Assembly: GCA_963827275.1 (NCBI GenBank)
Contig: CAWHAA010000002.1
Span: 160,001-224,000 of the forward strand
Length of the DNA: 64,000 bases
Source: an uncultured Spirochaetota bacterium
GTDB taxonomy: Bacteria > Spirochaetota > UBA4802 > UBA5550
Reading direction: 5' to 3'
Position numbers and translations under genes: made by a program
In this document: positions 58,894 to 64,000 of the stretch, one piece after another
Layout: each line of letters opens with the position of its first letter
Numbering within the stretch: position 1 is the first letter of the stretch
The notes under the pieces: model-generated
Seen by the model: only the letters and a program-made list of their open reading frames with translations
Databases searched by the model: none
Told to the model about the DNA's origin: nothing

Positions 58894-59217
58894 GTGGAAG
58901 ACGGTATAGTAATTTTCTGCACCGTTCCGTCACGGGACGTCGGCATGAAGATTGCGGACCACCTGGTCGGGGGTGAGCACGCGGCGTGCGTGAACGTCAT
59001 CCCGGGATTGACCTCTGTCTACCGCTGGAAGGGAGCCGTCTGCTCGGAAGAGGAGCTGCTATTGATAATAAAGACCAGGAAACAGCTTTTTGACGCGGTA
59101 TGCGGCCGGATACGTGCCCTGCACCCCTACGAAGTGCCGGAAATACTATCGCTCGATATTTCAGAGGGAAGCGAGCCGTACCTGAAATGGATTTTAGATT
59201 CCACCCGGGTGTGCTGA
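58894..59217 (+). CDS. cutA: Divalent cation tolerance protein CutA
   Basis: AACVN, SVYRWKG, E.LLIIKT, HPYEVPEI, YLKW. Confidence 0.95.
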   Translation: MEDGIVIFCTVPSRDVGMKIADHLVGGEHAACVNVIPGLTSVYRWKGAVCSEEELLLIIKTRKQLFDAVCGRIRALHPYEVPEILSLDISEGSEPYLKWILDSTRVC

Positions 59218-59499
59218 TCCAGAATGTGGCTATTCCGGCGGTTCTTAAACAAAAAATATATAAGAATTTTTTCCAGTTTGACATGCTGTTGTTTTTTAAA
59301 AGTTATTTCTTAATTTTTTTCTTGATAAAAATTAAAAAACGCTCATAAATGATCGTGTAGTGCGCTATCTGTTTTTTCGAACAATCACCCGGATACCGAA
59401 AAAGATTGAATTTCTCGTTTTTTAAAATAATTACAAAAAAATTTCTAAGATTAATATTGATTGTACCGTTTATATTAATTACATTATTAGGCGGGAGAA

Positions 59500-59961
59500 A
59501 TGAACAGAATAACTAACAGCATTCTCAGCAACAGGTTTGTTAGGCTTATTGAAGAGAATCATCAGGTCATCATCGAGCATTTCATGAATGATGTTCTCCG
59601 AAATAAGAAAACTGTCTCTTACGCCAAGCTGGATGCGAATGACCTTTATGAAATAGGCAGCAGGGTGTACCGGGAGCTATCCAAGTGGATCGCCAAGGAT
59701 CTCCCGAAAGAAGAAGTTAAGCTGTATTACCAGAAATTGGGCAAGATCAGGCGAAATGAGGGCATTCCGGCGTCGGAGTTCTTTCAGGCGCTTGTTCTTT
59801 TGAAACGTCACCTGTGGCTGTTTATCCAGGGGCAACTGGAAAACGAGATGACCGATTACAAGCAGGCGATGGAGGTGAATAACCGGGTTGTCCTTTTTTT
59901 TGACAGGGCCGCGTATTACATGCTGACCGGTTATGAAGAAGAGTACAGGAAGAAGTGGTAA
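59500..59961 (+). CDS. Stand-alone RsbRD_N/globin-like helical protein
   Basis: Y..LG..R..EGIP.SE...AL..LKRHLW...FFD pattern. Confidence 0.65.
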   Translation: MNRITNSILSNRFVRLIEENHQVIIEHFMNDVLRNKKTVSYAKLDANDLYEIGSRVYRELSKWIAKDLPKEEVKLYYQKLGKIRRNEGIPASEFFQALVLLKRHLWLFIQGQLENEMTDYKQAMEVNNRVVLFFDRAAYYMLTGYEEEYRKKW

Positions 59962-59998
59962 TTTTTTTTAATAAAAAAAAATTTTTTCTCAAAAACTC

Positions 59999-60028
59999 TT
60001 GACAAATTTAGGCATAAAAAACTAATAT
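59999..60028 (+). promoter_or_regulatory. rRNA operon promoter
   Basis: TTGACA-18 bp-TAATAT with upstream A/T tract (UP-like). Confidence 0.6.
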
Positions 60029-60206
60029 CATTTTCTCATAAGGGATGGTTTTGATGATATTAAAAACATCGCTTAACAAAATCAAAGGGTTACTCGAAAC
60101 GGTTACCTAAGATTTTAAAATAATTAAGCGCCTGAAACAGGGCGAACTGATTGTTGAAAAATCTCCAATATTGATACATATCTTGGGGATTTTTTTGTCA
60201 CTTGTG

Positions 60207-60234
60207 ATAGTTCTTTGAAAACTGGGTAGTATTA
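60207..60234 (+). promoter_or_regulatory. boxA and 5' arm of the 16S processing stem
   Basis: ATAGTTCTTTGAAAACTGGGTAGTATTA is near-complementary to TAATACTACCCAGTTTTGAGAGAACTAT at 61884-61911. Confidence 0.8.
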
Positions 60235-60300
60235 TAAAAACTACCTCTGTTAATTTCTTAAATTCATAATTTGGAACCAAATTATCTTTATGATAATATT

Positions 60301-61849
<1,549 letters not shown>

Positions 61850-61958
61850 AAAGGAAAGACAATCGTTAACAGGGGCAACAATTTAATACTACCCAGTTTT
61901 GAGAGAACTATAGCAACAAGCCTATTTTTTCCTATAGGCCTGACACTGATATCAACCA

Positions 61959-62032
61959 GGGCCTGTAGCTCAGTTGGCTAGAGCGTACGACTGATAATCG
62001 TAAGGTCGGTGGTTCGATTCCACTCAGGCCCA
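61959..62032 (+). tRNA. tRNA-Ile (GAT), CCA not encoded
   Basis: GGGCCTG/CAGGCCC acceptor stem, CT-GAT-AA loop, GGTTCGATTCC. Confidence 0.97.
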
Positions 62033-62045
62033 ATGGGATAAAATA

Positions 62046-62118
62046 GGGGGTGTAGCTCAGTTGGGAGAGCGACTGCCTTGCACGCAGTAGGTCATCGGTT
62101 CGATCCCGTTCACCTCCA
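62046..62118 (+). tRNA. tRNA-Ala (TGC), CCA not encoded
   Basis: GGGGGTG/CACCTCC stem with G3:U70, CT-TGC-AC loop, GGTTCGATCCC. Confidence 0.97.
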
Positions 62119-62372
62119 AATGTCAATGATCAAGTGGGGCTTAAACCCCACCCGATCAGAGACAAAAACCTCGTCTTCACGAGGCATGATCTTTCAAAAC
62201 GGTTAAGCCAAATTTTTAACAGAAATCAGGTTTAACAATTTCGTCGAATTAAAAGAGAACATGAGTGCCGAATTATGCTGTGACCGCATAATGGATTCTG
62301 AGAGCCGTGTTGCGGCTCTCGCTCCGAAATTATGAAGGCGCCCGTAAAGGCGTTTTCATGATAAAATAATAT

Positions 62373-64000
<1,628 letters not shown>

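Overview
Chromosomal window of a bacterium, most likely an uncultured Spirochaetota lineage near the Leptospirae. This is inferred from 16S signatures, a spirochete-type FliM, an HDOD protein and an OmpA/FlgD-Ig protein. Genes are GC-rich with AT-rich spacers. In order it holds: an MMPL/HpnN-like transporter; pyk; a probable VanW - exported AMMECR1 - thioester alpha-2-macroglobulin - LapA - SpoIID/transpeptidase-fusion operon; ruvA; acpS; a TetR-TolC-HlyD-ABC (YbhGFSR-like) exporter; a membrane PAS-GGDEF-EAL protein; an inositol monophosphatase / DPM2-PIG-P-like membrane protein / two GT4 / methyltransferase cluster; an OmpA multidomain protein; an MpgP-like phosphatase; htpG; a DcaP-like porin; purM; GntR with fadIJ and a CoA-transferase; an ECF sigma module; leuB; an HDOD protein; a degenerate PilZ protein; fliM; a degenerate M23 protein; panE; cutA; and the start of an rRNA operon (16S, tRNA-Ile, tRNA-Ala, partial 23S). 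About 16 frameshifts, mostly +1 insertions and densest at 43.4-49.6 kb, look like long-read consensus errors. The two best candidates for undescribed systems are the macroglobulin/peptidoglycan operon (5.4-14.5 kb) and the GPI-GnT-like glycosyltransferase cluster (25.7-30.4 kb). I saw no mobile elements, prophage or CRISPR arrays. All family calls come from motif recognition by eye; no database search was run.
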